Shown one piece after another: positions 50,859 to 62,281 of a stretch of DNA of 64,000 bases. A program made the position numbers and the translations under genes. How positions within the stretch are numbered: position 1 is the first letter of the stretch; every line of letters begins with the position of its first letter. The stretch spans positions 160,001 through 224,000 of the forward strand of contig CBDBKE010000004.1 in the NCBI GenBank assembly GCA_965206645.1, written 5' to 3'. Origin of the DNA: Terriglobia bacterium (GTDB taxonomy: Bacteria; Acidobacteriota; Terriglobia; JAJPHL01; JAPKYU01). The notes below the pieces were generated by a model. The model was not told where the DNA came from, did not search any database, and worked only from the letters and a program-made list of their open reading frames with translations.

Positions 50859-53462
50859 TCATTCTACTCTCGAGGACGGAGACAATGGGGGTTCGCGCCT
50901 TGTGGGGTGCCTCCGGCTCTCCTCTCCCAATGAGAAGGAGAGCCGCTCGACTGCCGTGAATGTTTTTTCCGACTCCTTGATTTCCAGGAACTGGTTTACC
51001 CCGACGTTGTGGAACACCTGCCGCGTGTCGCTGGTGGGCCACCAGATTTCCAGGGTTTCGATGCTGGCCGCCTTGCCCAGCCCGATGTGCTGCTCCAGCG
51101 GGGAGGCGCCAAACGATCCGCCGCTGCCGACGAGGCGGTGAATGAAGCGGCGTCCACCCTCGGGCGTCTGCACGGCAAGCTTGATGCGGGCGCCGATGGC
51201 CCCGCGGTTCGTCTTCACGCCCACCAGCCGCAGACGGATCCAGTTGTTGCCGTGCCCGGGGTTTCTGAAGAGCAAGTTCGCGTGCCTGTCGCCCGGCACC
51301 ATGCCGCCCATCTGAATAAAAATGTCTTCATCGCCGTCGTTGTCGATGTCGACGAAGGCCGCCCCGTGCCCCTTATGAAGACAGCCGGTCCCCGAGGAAG
51401 TGGTGACATCCACGAAATACTTCCCGTCGTGATTCCTAAACAACATGTTTGGAACTAGCACTGCGTAAGAAGGACTGCCGGTCCCCAGGTAGAAATCGAG
51501 AAATCCGTCATTGTCCAGGTCGCCGAAATTGACCCCCATGGGGTTAAACACGCGGTCCAGCCGAACCTCCTTGGTCACATCCTGGAAGCCCGACCCGGTG
51601 TTCCTGTAGAGCTTGAGCGTCTCGACCTCCCCCGGCAATTGCAAGTAACTGCGGACGATGTCCACGATTGAGCCATAGGTACTGGAAACGAACAGGTCCA
51701 GCCAGCCGTCGTTGTCATAGTCGAAGAACCAGGCCGGAAAGCTGAAAATGGGTCGTTGCACTCCCAAAGGTTTGGCCATGTCGGTAAACGTTAAATCCCG
51801 GTTGTTGTGGTAGAGGAAGTTCTCCGCAGACACGTTTGAGACGTAGAAGTCCGGGTAGCCGTCGTTGTCGTAGTCGCCCGCAACGACGGCTTTGGTGAAC
51901 ATGACCCGGTCCACGCCGGCGGCGGGCGCAATGTCCACGAAGGTCCCGTCGCCCTGGTTGAGGAACAGCTGGCTGGGCGAGTGCTCGTTGCCCACGAACA
52001 GGTCCAGGTTGCCGTCCAGATCAATGTCGGCCCAGGCAGCGGTTTGCGTGGCGCTGGCGGGCACCGCCACCCCACTCGGGCGGGTCACGTCGGTGAAGGT
52101 TCCGTCGCAGTTGTTGCGCAGTAGCGAGTTGCGCATAGGGAGTTCCCATGCGCCCCGGAGCACCAGAATATCCAGGCAGCCGTCATTGTTGTAGTCAGCC
52201 GAGACCATGTTCAGCCCGCCAAGCTGATTGATCAGCCCGGCCTGCGCGGTTCGGTCGGTGAAGGTTCCGGTCCCGCTGTTGTGCAAGTAGCGCATCGGCG
52301 CGCAAGGGTCCATTGAGCTGGTCACAATGTCCAGCAGTCCGTCATTGTCCAGATCATCCACAATCGCTCCGCCGGCCGAGTTGAAGGTGTCGGCACCCAC
52401 CAGAGGGGCCACGTCAACAAAGCGGCCCACGTCTTCCTTCGACTCAAAGGGGGCAAGAGGAATCCGGTATTGCCGGGGAACAGCCTCGGGGTACTTTCCC
52501 AGAGCCATGGAGGCAAGGTTCAGCAACCACCTCACCTCCAGGTCTTCCGGCTTTTGCTCCAAGAACTTGAGAAAATGCCGGATGGCGGCCTCCCAATTCG
52601 CCATCTGCTCCGGCTGCGCCCCGCCAAGCATCGGAAACATGCAGGTCTTGGCATGTGCGCTGGGTACCAGGTTCTCAACCTCTGCCAATCGCAGGCGGGC
52701 AATCCCCAGCTTCTCCTCCAATTCCAGCAGCACCTGCTTGTCGCCGCGGGCGACAGCATGTTCGTACGCCGCTTGGAGATACTTGATCGTTTGATCTAAA
52801 TCTCCACGGTGTGCCCACTGCTGAGCCAGCGTCTGATAGACACCCAAGAGTCCAGCGTCGCCTACGTTCCTCGCGCTTCCGTTCTTGGCCTCTGCCAAAT
52901 ACTTTTCCAACTCTTGAAATCCGATGCGAACCGCCATGATCTTGATCGCGCAGATGGTTTGCAAATCCTGTTCCCAGCCGACTGGCTTCTGGATGCGGTC
53001 AAACAGGTATTGAACTTCTCCAGCTCCCGAGACGTCGGTGGTCAGTCGGCGCTCCGGGGCGCGCTGCGCGCTCTCGATTTCGGGTCTCTCCGCTTCCTCT
53101 TTAAGCACCTTCAGGATCATGTAGCCGCCCGACGTTTCGACAACCCCGGACACCTGTCCTGCAGCTAGCCCCTTCAAGGCCTCCTGAATTTCGGGGCGTA
53201 AATCCGACAGCTTCACTTTGCCTAGATAGCCGCCCGCTGGCCCGGTGGAATCGATCGAGTGCTTTTTCGCCAGCTCGGCGAAGTCCTCCCCGCGCTGAAG
53301 GTTCGCCAGAACCTGCCGCGCCTCTTCGGAGGTGCGCAGCAGAATCATCCGCACAGCAACTTCCAGGGGCTGTTTCTGCTCGCTCGCCCAGAAGACGGAC
53401 TCGATCAACAGGAAAGCAATGCCCAGCACGACCACGGCCGGGTACAGCTTGATTGCTTTCAT
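50859..53462 (-). CDS. Parvulin/rotamase PPIase + TPR-like + CRTAC1 (FG-GAP/ASPIC-UnbV) fusion protein
   Basis: GEDFAELAKKHSID...GGYLG...GY; repeated DxDNDG motifs; HIGLG...IWWP. Confidence 0.88.
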   Translation of the reverse strand: MKAIKLYPAVVVLGIAFLLIESVFWASEQKQPLEVAVRMILLRTSEEARQVLANLQRGEDFAELAKKHSIDSTGPAGGYLGKVKLSDLRPEIQEALKGLAAGQVSGVVETSGGYMILKVLKEEAERPEIESAQRAPERRLTTDVSGAGEVQYLFDRIQKPVGWEQDLQTICAIKIMAVRIGFQELEKYLAEAKNGSARNVGDAGLLGVYQTLAQQWAHRGDLDQTIKYLQAAYEHAVARGDKQVLLELEEKLGIARLRLAEVENLVPSAHAKTCMFPMLGGAQPEQMANWEAAIRHFLKFLEQKPEDLEVRWLLNLASMALGKYPEAVPRQYRIPLAPFESKEDVGRFVDVAPLVGADTFNSAGGAIVDDLDNDGLLDIVTSSMDPCAPMRYLHNSGTGTFTDRTAQAGLINQLGGLNMVSADYNNDGCLDILVLRGAWELPMRNSLLRNNCDGTFTDVTRPSGVAVPASATQTAAWADIDLDGNLDLFVGNEHSPSQLFLNQGDGTFVDIAPAAGVDRVMFTKAVVAGDYDNDGYPDFYVSNVSAENFLYHNNRDLTFTDMAKPLGVQRPIFSFPAWFFDYDNDGWLDLFVSSTYGSIVDIVRSYLQLPGEVETLKLYRNTGSGFQDVTKEVRLDRVFNPMGVNFGDLDNDGFLDFYLGTGSPSYAVLVPNMLFRNHDGKYFVDVTTSSGTGCLHKGHGAAFVDIDNDGDEDIFIQMGGMVPGDRHANLLFRNPGHGNNWIRLRLVGVKTNRGAIGARIKLAVQTPEGGRRFIHRLVGSGGSFGASPLEQHIGLGKAASIETLEIWWPTSDTRQVFHNVGVNQFLEIKESEKTFTAVERLSFSLGEESRRHPTRREPPLSPSSRVE

Positions 53463-53680
53463 GATATCGGTCCCACCTTTTGCTTGCGGCTGCCGGATGC
53501 CATCTCAGGCTTCCGCCCCCACAAGGCAGGGTGCGCACGTCCCGTAAAGATGCTCAACGGAAACCAATGGTTTCGCCTCCCCCGAAATCGGTGCGCATCC
53601 GCCCCCTTCCGGGACTGGACGCTGATTGGGTGCAGAGCGAGCAGGGCCAAACACAGGAGGCAGTAAGCGGAAGGCAGTGG

Positions 53681-54913
53681 CTAGCTGTCCACCCCCGCCA
53701 GCGCGCACAAAGCCAGCAGGATGCGCTCAAGCCCGAGTTGGCGACGAGCCGGGTCGTACCATTCCTGCGGAGAGTGGGTCGCGCCCCCTTGGCCGCCCCC
53801 ACCCAGGGAAACTGCCTCGATGCCCAGCGCCAATGGAATATTCGCGTCGGTAGAGGAGCGCTCGACACGCGAGGGGATCCCCAGATAGCGGTCCACTGCC
53901 CGCACCGTTTCCAGGATGCGAGCGTTCTGCGGCAGCTCGGCCGCGGGGCGTTCGCCAATATCCTGAACCTGATAGGTGAGCCTGCCACCCTGCGCGCGCT
54001 GGTTCTCCTCTTCCACCACCTCCCGGACTACGCGTTCCAAAATGGCCGCCAGCCGCCGGATCTCTTCCACCGAACCGGAACGGATGTCCACCTTGATGAA
54101 GGCGAAGGAGGGTACCGAGTTGACGCTGGTGCCCCCTTGGATTTCACCGACGTTAAAGGTAGTGCGCGGCTGCTTGGGGACGGAAATTTGGGCGAAGCGG
54201 GCCACCGCTGATCCCAGGGCGTAGATGGGGTTTGCCAGGCCGAAGTCACTCCAGCTATGCCCGCCGGGGCCCTCAACGGTGACGCGGAAGCGCTGGCTGC
54301 CCAGGCCGGAGGTGGTGATGTGATCCACGCTGGCTCCGTCCAACACCAGAACAGCACGCGCTTGCCGGCAGATCTCTTTCTGCTCAAGCAAGTGGCGCAT
54401 GCCGTGCAGATTGCCTTCTCCTTCCTCGCCAACGTTGGCCACCAACAGCAAATGATCGCGCAGGCGCAGGTTTGCGCGGCGCAGGACGTGCGCCACGCCC
54501 AGCAGCGCCGCCAAGCCGGCACCGTTGTCGGTGATTCCTGGACCGTAGATGCGCCCGTTGTGGCGGTGGACCTCGATTCGATCCGATAGCCGGAAAACCG
54601 TATCCAGGTGGGCGCTCAGCACCAACAAGCGCCGTTGCCGCGCCGGCGCGGTGCCTCGCAGTTTGCCCAACACGTTGCCGGCAGCATCGCGCCGCACGCA
54701 GTCTAGTTTCAGTTTGCTGAACTGCTGGAAGAAGTAATCGGCCCGAGCCTGTTCCGCAAAGGTGGGCGCCGGGATCGAGGTGAATTCGACATGCCGGTCA
54801 GTAATCCAGTCCGCCTCTTGCGCGATCAACTCCAGCGCCCGAGCTACCATTGCGCGGCGCGCCAGCACCTCTATCGTCTCGGTTGTCGGAGCGGCAGTGG
54901 AGCTTGCCAGCAT
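53681..54913 (-). CDS. M20/M25/M40 metallohydrolase, cytoplasmic
   Basis: PAPTF, AHLDTVF, GITDN, GEEGEG, GGHSW, GGTSVN, STDAN, HSPQEW. Confidence 0.9.
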   Translation of the reverse strand: MLASSTAAPTTETIEVLARRAMVARALELIAQEADWITDRHVEFTSIPAPTFAEQARADYFFQQFSKLKLDCVRRDAAGNVLGKLRGTAPARQRRLLVLSAHLDTVFRLSDRIEVHRHNGRIYGPGITDNGAGLAALLGVAHVLRRANLRLRDHLLLVANVGEEGEGNLHGMRHLLEQKEICRQARAVLVLDGASVDHITTSGLGSQRFRVTVEGPGGHSWSDFGLANPIYALGSAVARFAQISVPKQPRTTFNVGEIQGGTSVNSVPSFAFIKVDIRSGSVEEIRRLAAILERVVREVVEEENQRAQGGRLTYQVQDIGERPAAELPQNARILETVRAVDRYLGIPSRVERSSTDANIPLALGIEAVSLGGGGQGGATHSPQEWYDPARRQLGLERILLALCALAGVDS

Positions 54914-55027
54914 GGTCCTTCATGGTAACACAGCGATTCGCCGGGACTTCTTCAGGAGCGTACCGAAAGAGACTTGTGACCCGCAGAGGCACAGACTTTC
55001 CAGGCTGTGCGGCGCTTCAGCAGCGTG

Positions 55028-55183
55028 CTAGTGTTGTGTCCCGGAAAAACGTTGCATATGTTTGTGTGCTTGTGGGACCGCTTGCTGACGCGCGCGGCTC
55101 TGTATCTTCAACGCGCTTCCGAGCCACGAGCGTGAGCGAGTGGTCATGAACTTTTGTAGCGAATTTCTGGGACGCGACGCTAG
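55028..55183. mobile_element. MITE-like element with CTAG ends and internal REP-like hairpin
   Basis: Terminal inverted repeats CTAGTGTTGTGTCCCGGAAA / TTTCTGGGACGCGACGCTAG (16/20); inner 25-bp imperfect stem at 55076-55145. Confidence 0.65.
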
Positions 55184-55470
55184 AAGGAGAGGATGGCGGT
55201 CCGAGGTTCCTCCGACGTGTGGGGCAGGTAGAGCGTCTTGCAACGTTCACAGCGGTAGACTTCGGCATTCTCGCCAAACATTTTCTTGACCTCTTCGCCG
55301 AAGCCGCGCCAGCGTTTCAGGTGCCCGCAGCAGAGCTTGTCCTTGGCGTCCTTTTCGTTGCAGGCACGCATTCGCAGGGTGCGGCGCTTCACTTTCTGGC
55401 CGCTGGACAGGGTGGTCAGCAATTCCGAAACGGGAGGATTCTCAACAGTCGTGCGAGGTTTGACGGCCAT
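55180..55470 (-). CDS. Small Cys-rich putative Zn-binding protein
   Basis: AAGGAGAG RBS; RAC...LCCGH...YRCERC. Confidence 0.75.
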   Translation of the reverse strand: MAVKPRTTVENPPVSELLTTLSSGQKVKRRTLRMRACNEKDAKDKLCCGHLKRWRGFGEEVKKMFGENAEVYRCERCKTLYLPHTSEEPRTAILSF

Positions 55471-55520
55471 CCAGGCTCTCCTTTCGTTCCGTAACGGCAA
55501 CCTTCAGGGGTGCCATGGCA

Positions 55521-55548
55521 GTAGAGGCAGGCCAAAGCCTGCCGCTAT
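55521..55548 (+). repeat. GTAG-type REP-like hairpin
   Basis: GTAG-A-GGCAGGC-CAAA-GCCTGCC. Confidence 0.4.
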
Positions 55549-55687
55549 GGCTTCTTCAAGTCTCTCATAGTTTGCGGTGGAACAAGGCGCGGATCGCGCC
55601 CGGCCGGCCGCGCATCCGCGCCGGTCGCGGGATTGATGGAGTTCACCATAAGACAAATTACGAATCATGAGTGAAGTGTGACGTTTC

Positions 55688-56449
55688 TTAGTATTCCACC
55701 GAAACCAGCCAGAGGCCCTTGCCGGGCAGAGTAGGTCCGGCCCCGGTGCGGTCCCGCGCAGCCAGAATCTCGGGGATCTGGTCTGCGGCCAACCGCCCCC
55801 TGCCAACCTCCAGCAGCGTGCCAACCATGTTTCGGACCATGTGGTGAAGGAAGCCGCTGCCCCTCACCGTGTAGACCAACTCCTCCGCTTCCCGCGTGAG
55901 ACTGGACTGATGGATGATCCGGATCTTGGATTCCTCAGGAACATCCTCGGGGGGCGTCCCGCCGCGGCCTTCGGAAGACGCCATTGCGGTGAAGTCGTGG
56001 GTGCCTTCAAAGAGGGGAGCAGCTGCTATCGTCGCCGCTTCATCCAGTGTGTGGGGAAAGTGGTGCACGTAGCGCCACAGGTAGGGCGGGCAAACCTCGC
56101 CGCGGTACAGGCGGAAGCGGTAAGTCTTGGAGCGCGCCTGGAAGCGGGCGTGGAAGCCGGGTGATGCTTCTTCGGCTGCCAGCACCCGGATGCTGTGGGG
56201 AAGCTTGCCGTTGAGCGCTCTGGCCAGATTGGCCACCGGGATGGTGGAATGCGTGTGGAAGCTGGCCACCTGTCCGAGCGCGTGCACACCAGCATCGGTG
56301 CGCCCGCTGGCATCGACTGGCACGCGTGTGCCAATGACCCGTTCCACTGCTTCCATCAGCGTGGCCTGGATGGTCGGCTCGCGCGGCTGGATTTGCCAGC
56401 CGTGGAATTCGCTCCCATCGTAGGAGAGCGTCAGTTTGATCGCACGCAT
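55688..56449 (-). CDS. truA: tRNA pseudouridine(38-40) synthase
   Basis: YDGSEFHGWQ, GRTDAGVHA, FHARF, GTHDF, GFLHHMVR. Confidence 0.96.
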   Translation of the reverse strand: MRAIKLTLSYDGSEFHGWQIQPREPTIQATLMEAVERVIGTRVPVDASGRTDAGVHALGQVASFHTHSTIPVANLARALNGKLPHSIRVLAAEEASPGFHARFQARSKTYRFRLYRGEVCPPYLWRYVHHFPHTLDEAATIAAAPLFEGTHDFTAMASSEGRGGTPPEDVPEESKIRIIHQSSLTREAEELVYTVRGSGFLHHMVRNMVGTLLEVGRGRLAADQIPEILAARDRTGAGPTLPGKGLWLVSVEY

Positions 56450-56570
56450 GTCAAGAGTCAGTGGATAACGAAAGGTGACAAGTCAAAAGTGCGAGCGAAA
56501 AGGGAAACGGCGTTTTGCGTTACTTTAGCTCATAGCCCTTCACTCCTCACTCGTCACTCCGCACTCACCA

Positions 56571-57146
56571 CTAGCGGCGTGAGCCGGGCTTTTCCAGTGG
56601 AGCTCCCTGGCGGCAAAGGTTGCACTGATCCGGGGCACAGGTGGGGAGAGACAATTGCAGGAGGCTGACCAGAGGAACGCCGAACTCACAGTGGCCGCCG
56701 CTTCGGTCCACAATGGTTGCCACACCGCGGATTTCGGCGCCACCGGCGCGCAGCGCCGCCAGCACCTCGCGGGTGGAACCGCCGGTGGTGACCACGTCCT
56801 CGACCACCAGCGCGCGTTCGCCGGGTATTACCTGGAAGGCTCGCCGCAAGGCCGCCTGCCCGCTGGCGTCGCGCTCGGTGAAAATAAAGCGCGCCCCAGC
56901 GGCGCGGGCCAGCTCGTGCCCGATGATCAGCGCTCCCACCGCTGGGCTGGCCACTAGATCAACCAACTGGCCGGCAAACTTCTCGGCCAGCGAACGACCC
57001 AGGTGTTCGGAGCGTTGGGGATCTTCCAAAAGGCGGGCGCATTGCAGGTAGTGCGAGCTGTGCAGCCCTGACGACAGCAGGAAGTGGCCCTCCAGCAGCG
57101 CGCCCGTTTCCTCCAACAACTTCCGCACTTGTTCGGGGTTTGACAC
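56571..57146 (-). CDS. pyrE: Orotate phosphoribosyltransferase
   Basis: GHFLLSSGLHS..Y, VVEDVVTTGGS PRPP motif, C-terminal KPGSR; GTG start. Confidence 0.93.
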   Translation of the reverse strand: MSNPEQVRKLLEETGALLEGHFLLSSGLHSSHYLQCARLLEDPQRSEHLGRSLAEKFAGQLVDLVASPAVGALIIGHELARAAGARFIFTERDASGQAALRRAFQVIPGERALVVEDVVTTGGSTREVLAALRAGGAEIRGVATIVDRSGGHCEFGVPLVSLLQLSLPTCAPDQCNLCRQGAPLEKPGSRR

Positions 57147-57361
57147 GTAATTGCTTCTATTCGAGCTACTCTGCGTTGTCAAGGTGAGTGAGTGGATGCT
57201 AGCATGAAAAGGCTCGCCCTTGGTCCGCGGGAGCAAGAGCGGGTCTGCGGCCAAGTTGTTGAAATCGCGGAATGTTCGTCTGTCCCCTTTTGTATTAGGA
57301 AGACTACTGTGTCCTTTCCAAACCAGACACAAGGCCTGATAAAACACACAGGAAGAGGTTC

Positions 57362-59265
57362 ATGTCTATGATGAGAGCATGGGTCGTGTTGCTGATCGCC
57401 GGGTTGGTGCTCCAGCCGCTGCTGTTGGTGGCCCAGGAACCGGACTATACGAAGGGCTACTCCGCCTTTCCTGATTTTCTTTCGTCTTACCGGCCTATGG
57501 GGATACCCGCGCCGGTACTGGGCAACTCCGGGCGGGTCGAGGACCTGCTTCGGGAAGGCAAGCTGATTCTGTCGCTGAGCGACGCCATCTCGCTGGCGCT
57601 AGAAAATAACTTGGACGTGTCCATCCAGCGCTACAACCCGAGGATCGCCGATCTGGATATTCTGCGCACCAAGGCCGGGGCCTCGCCGCGTGGCGTGCGC
57701 ACGGCGGTGACCAGCGCCTCACAGGTCGGCGATGCCGGCGGCTTCGGCGGCGCGGGTGCCCAAGGCGGCACCGGAACCGCTGCTGGCGGTGTGGGCCAGG
57801 GAACCGGGGGATTGGTGACTTCGGCGCTGACCGCTGGGGCGCCCATCGGCAGCTTCGACCCGGTGGTCACCGCTAACCTCAACATCAACCATCGCACCAC
57901 CCCCATCACAAGCTTCTTCTTCTCACAGTTCCTGGGCGTTGACCAGCTGCAAACCAACACCGGGACGGCCAATTTCACCTACCAGCAGGCCTTCCACAGC
58001 GGCACCTCACTGAGCCTGGGGTGGAACAACGGTCGTGAGACCAACCGAGTGGAGACTATCAACCCGCGGATCAATGCCAATTACCAGTTCCAGATCACGC
58101 AGCGGCTGTTGCAGGGCTTCGGCTTCGGCCCCAACACGCGCAACATCCGGATCGCCAAGAACAACCGAGAGGTCAGCGACCTGGTGTTCAAACAGCAGGT
58201 CATTCTGACGGTGACCCAAGTCCAAAATCTCTACTGGGACCTGGTTAGCACCCTGGAGGACGTCAAAGTGCGCGAGCGGTTCGTCACGGTGGCCGAGAAA
58301 CTGCACAAGGACAACCAGCGCCAGGTGGAGATTGGCACCCTGGCCCCCATCGAGATCGTGCGGGCCGAGGCCGAGGTGGCGCGCACCCGCCAGGACCTGA
58401 TCGTGGCCCAGACCACAGCCCAGCAATTGGAAACTTCGCTGAAGAACCTGGTGCTGCGCGACCTGAGCGATCCGGTGCTGGGGGGAGCTCGCGTTGTACC
58501 CACCGATCGCATCACTGTTCCGCCGGTCGAGCCGGTGGTGCCCGTTCAGGACTTGATCGGAACGGCCTTGTCAGCCCGGCCCGAGTTGTCCCAATCCCGC
58601 ATTGACCTGCGCAACCGTGAAATCTCCATCCGGGCAGCGAGGAACGGCATGCTTCCTTCGCTGGATGCCTTCGCCTACTGGGGAGGCAGCGGGATCGGTG
58701 GCCAGGCCGGTACCAGTCCGATCACGGGCGAGCCGGTCGAGATTGCGGAGCAATTCAGAGGCGGCCTGGGCACGTCGCTGAACCAGATGTTCGGCGGTGA
58801 TTTCCCCGATTACGCATTTGGGCTGCAGATCAGCATTCCCATCAGGAATCGGGCTGCGCAGGCCGACGCCGCTCAGGCCCAGATTGAGGAGCGACAAGCG
58901 CAAATGCGACTGCGCCAACTGGAGAACACGGTGCGCGCCGAGGTGCGCAATGCGGTGATTGGCTTGCAGCAGAATCGCGCCCGCCTGGACGCCGCCGGAA
59001 GGCGCGGGAGCTGCAGCAGCGCACCCTGGACGCCGAGCAGAAGAAGTTCCAGTTCGGCGCCTCCACTATCTTCCTGGTCATCCAGGCGCAACGCGATCTG
59101 GCCGAGGCGGAGGGCGCCGTCGTACGGGCACTGGGCGATTACATGAAGGCGCGGGTCGAGCTGGAGCGCTCCACCGGCGAAACCATTGTCAAGAACAGGA
59201 TCATCCTGGACGAAGCCTCCCAGGGCCAGATCTCCCGGCCCCCGCAGGCGCTGCCCAATTCCTAG
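57362..59265 (+). CDS. TolC-family outer-membrane efflux protein; frameshifted near 58997
   Basis: LSLSDAISLALENNLD, YWDL, PSLD; the C-terminus (EQKKFQFGAST...AQRDL) continues in another frame to TAG at 59263. Confidence 0.85.
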
Positions 59266-59286
59266 TAGGGTCGAAGACGCGAAGTC

Positions 59287-60420
59287 TCACTGCCGAGGAA
59301 CGTTCACACTGAGAGGCATGCGCACCACCAGATTGCGTCCCGGACCGGGGTGCAGGTTGGTGAGTTCCAACTCCAATTCGAAGTGATGGGTGCCTTCGGG
59401 CGCGTCGCGCAAAATGCCCGGGAACATCACCGAAGTGCCGGCGGGAATCAGCTTGGTGTCGAGGTAGAACCAAGCAGGCGCCTGCCGGATGCGGAGACGG
59501 AAGCCGATGGCGGAGTCGTTGCGGATGCGGAGGGCCAGGTAAGTGCCGCGACCGCGATAGCTCAGCTCAGGGTTCTCCACCTTCACCGCGGCTTGCCAGA
59601 GCCCTCGCAGGAACGGCTCCGCGCCCCAGAGCTGGCCACCCATCCAGGCCACCGTGCGGCGGGCCACCAGCGCCTCGCGCACGCCAGCAGCATCGGCCGT
59701 GCGCACAAACAGCAGCGTGATGGGTCGGATCCCATGCACGATGCGGGGCGGCATTGGATCGTGGATGTCACTGGTGCTAATAATCGTTAATTTCTTCTCT
59801 TCAATCCACGGATAGGCCCCAGCATAGAAATTCGTCCCATTAACCAGTTCCATGCCCTGAAACAGCTTTTCCTGGTGGGCGGCCGCGATAGGTGGGAACC
59901 ACTCCGGCTTTTGGACGCCATGCTCGGGGTGGTTCCAGAAAACGAAGGCGTCCTGGGCGCGCGCCCGTCGCAGCGCCTCGAACAGGTCGGGTACATTCAG
60001 GGCATTGGGGTCGGTGACGAACAGGGCGTTGAAGTGCGTCGGCCCGTGCGCCAGCGTCTTGGTGATTTCTAGGCCCTGGATCAGGATCAGGCCCAATTGT
60101 TCGGCCAGGGGACGGGCCAGAGCATCGGAACGAGTGCCGTCCACCTTTACGTCCCCGGCGTGGATATGGGAGTCGACGTGGTCAGTCAGCCCGATCACAT
60201 CCAGACCGTCGCGCCAGGCCTCGATGACCCGCACGGTCGGCCACACCTGGCCATCGGAGAAAACGGTGTGGATGTGGAAGTCGCCCTTCAGTGTTTTGTA
60301 GCCGGGAAGGTCGGGGACCGGAAGCGGGTCACGCACCTCGGCCGCGTGCATGGCTCCCAGCAGCAGAAGTGCCAACAGCGGGTGGAAGAAGGCCGTCTTT
60401 GTCACGACAGAACGTTGCAT
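59287..60420 (-). CDS. Secreted PHP-domain phosphoesterase
   Basis: DFHIHTVFSDG, LTDH, HFNALF, WNHP, SDIH. Confidence 0.88.
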   Translation of the reverse strand: MQRSVVTKTAFFHPLLALLLLGAMHAAEVRDPLPVPDLPGYKTLKGDFHIHTVFSDGQVWPTVRVIEAWRDGLDVIGLTDHVDSHIHAGDVKVDGTRSDALARPLAEQLGLILIQGLEITKTLAHGPTHFNALFVTDPNALNVPDLFEALRRARAQDAFVFWNHPEHGVQKPEWFPPIAAAHQEKLFQGMELVNGTNFYAGAYPWIEEKKLTIISTSDIHDPMPPRIVHGIRPITLLFVRTADAAGVREALVARRTVAWMGGQLWGAEPFLRGLWQAAVKVENPELSYRGRGTYLALRIRNDSAIGFRLRIRQAPAWFYLDTKLIPAGTSVMFPGILRDAPEGTHHFELELELTNLHPGPGRNLVVRMPLSVNVPRQ

Positions 60421-60472
60421 TTCGCACCTCGTGGCCGGCGCGCTTACTTATCGCGCCCAAGTCGCCGTCATT

Positions 60473-60830
60473 CTACCACCTGCCCGCCCGGGTTTACAGG
60501 GAGGCTGATGAGGCAGGTGCCGGCTGGAGAGTGGGCGCAGCGGGCTATGGTGCGCTCGGAGCGCGGCCGGTCGGCGGACGGCCCGCGAGGCGAATCAAAA
60601 ACCTTGCCTAAACCGCTGATACTCGCCGATGATAGGAGGCGCAGGTTCGGACTACCACCTGCCCGCCCGGGTTTACAGGGAGGCTGGTGAGGCAGGTGCC
60701 GGCTGGAGAGTGGGCGCAGCGGGCTATGGTGCGCTCGGAGCGCGGCCGGTCGGCGGACGGCCCGCGAGGCGAATCAAAAACCTTGCCTAAACCGCTGATA
60801 CTCGCCGATGATAGGAGGCGCAGGTTCGGA
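60473..60830. repeat. 179-bp near-perfect tandem duplication
   Basis: 60473-60651 vs 60652-60830; one mismatch seen (CTGATGAGG/CTGGTGAGG). Confidence 0.95.
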
Positions 60831-60843
60831 TTTGGAGTCTGTC

Positions 60844-62171
<1,328 letters not shown>

Positions 62172-62175
<4 letters not shown>

Positions 62176-62281
62176 TGCTGTGCCCGGCTGCTGTGACCGG
62201 CTGAGGATGTATTCCGCACCTGGCCGCCGGGACGGCGGTGCTACAAGCCAGTAGCAAGAGACATGCCGGACACGTTACTAG
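62172..62281. mobile_element. Second CTAG-bounded MITE-like element with GTAG-REP cargo
   Basis: CTAGTGCTGTGCCCGGC / GCCGGACACGTTACTAG (13/17); internal GTAGCACCGCCGTCCCGGCGG on the minus strand. Confidence 0.55.
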
